From Candidatus Saccharimonadota bacterium (GTDB taxonomy: Bacteria; Patescibacteriota; Saccharimonadia; Saccharimonadales; Saccharimonadaceae), in NCBI GenBank assembly GCA_017514045.1, contig JAFWLS010000024.1, positions 14,705-78,704 of the forward strand: 64,000 nt of DNA, in the 5' to 3' direction. This document shows, piece after piece, positions 63,965 through 64,000 of the stretch (the stretch's first letter is position 1; each line of letters starts with the position of its first letter). The position numbers and the translations under genes are program-made. The notes below the pieces were generated by a model that searched no databases, was not told where the DNA came from, and worked only from the letters and a program-made list of their open reading frames with translations.

Positions 63965-64000
63965 ATTAGTATCGCAGAAATACACTCTTTACTACACTCT

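Noticed and set aside
1-64000. Search by eye for CRISPR arrays, diversity-generating retroelement template/variable repeat pairs, insertion sequences, prophage genes and toxin-antitoxin pairs
   Set aside because: I saw no short direct-repeat/spacer periodicity, and no reverse transcriptase, integrase, transposase or recombinase-like ORF. The only long DNA repeats are in-frame coding repeats of the surface proteins and the G5 paralogues. Systematic repeat finding by computation is still advisable.

Overview
AT-rich 64-kb chromosomal window with no rRNA, CRISPR array, integrase, transposase or reverse transcriptase. Housekeeping genes are recognisable: eno, a short uvrC, secG, tuf, potABCD, a thyA-folA-glyA operon, trpS, an RluD-like synthase, a holB-like gene and five tRNAs (Cys-GCA, Leu-GAG, Ala-CGC, Trp-CCA, Ala-GGC). 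They are interleaved with a large surface and secretome complement. Trimmed housekeeping proteins, a type IV pilin, Gram-positive-style surface proteins and many leaderless promoters suggest a reduced-genome Patescibacteria/CPR organism, possibly Candidatus Saccharibacteria; this is inference only. Four giant ORFs (1690, 2106, 1546 and 2365 aa) occupy about 23.1 kb, or about 36% of the window. The main leads are as follows. (1) The 2365-aa protein carries an HCX5R tyrosine/lipid-phosphatase-like domain on the predicted extracellular side of its C-terminal anchor, and is followed by a DUF916/DUF3324-like partner gene. (2) A 2106-aa vWA plus isopeptide-pilin-like adhesin and a 1546-aa protein with a papain-like (NlpC/P60-type) domain both end in a non-canonical TP(N/D)TG sorting-signal-like tail. 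(3) A tandem array of three G5-domain membrane proteins has divergent Cys-rich C-termini. (4) A GT4-like, GH57 and CotH-kinase operon. (5) A pilin head domain is reused on a non-pilin membrane protein. (6) A recurrent TGnTAtAAT-N6/7-ATG leaderless start architecture. (7) Two extra copies of the tRNA-Cys 3' end, a promoter-plus-terminator-bounded candidate small RNA, and a 590-bp structured non-coding region. All domain calls rest on motif recognition in the translations, with no database search.
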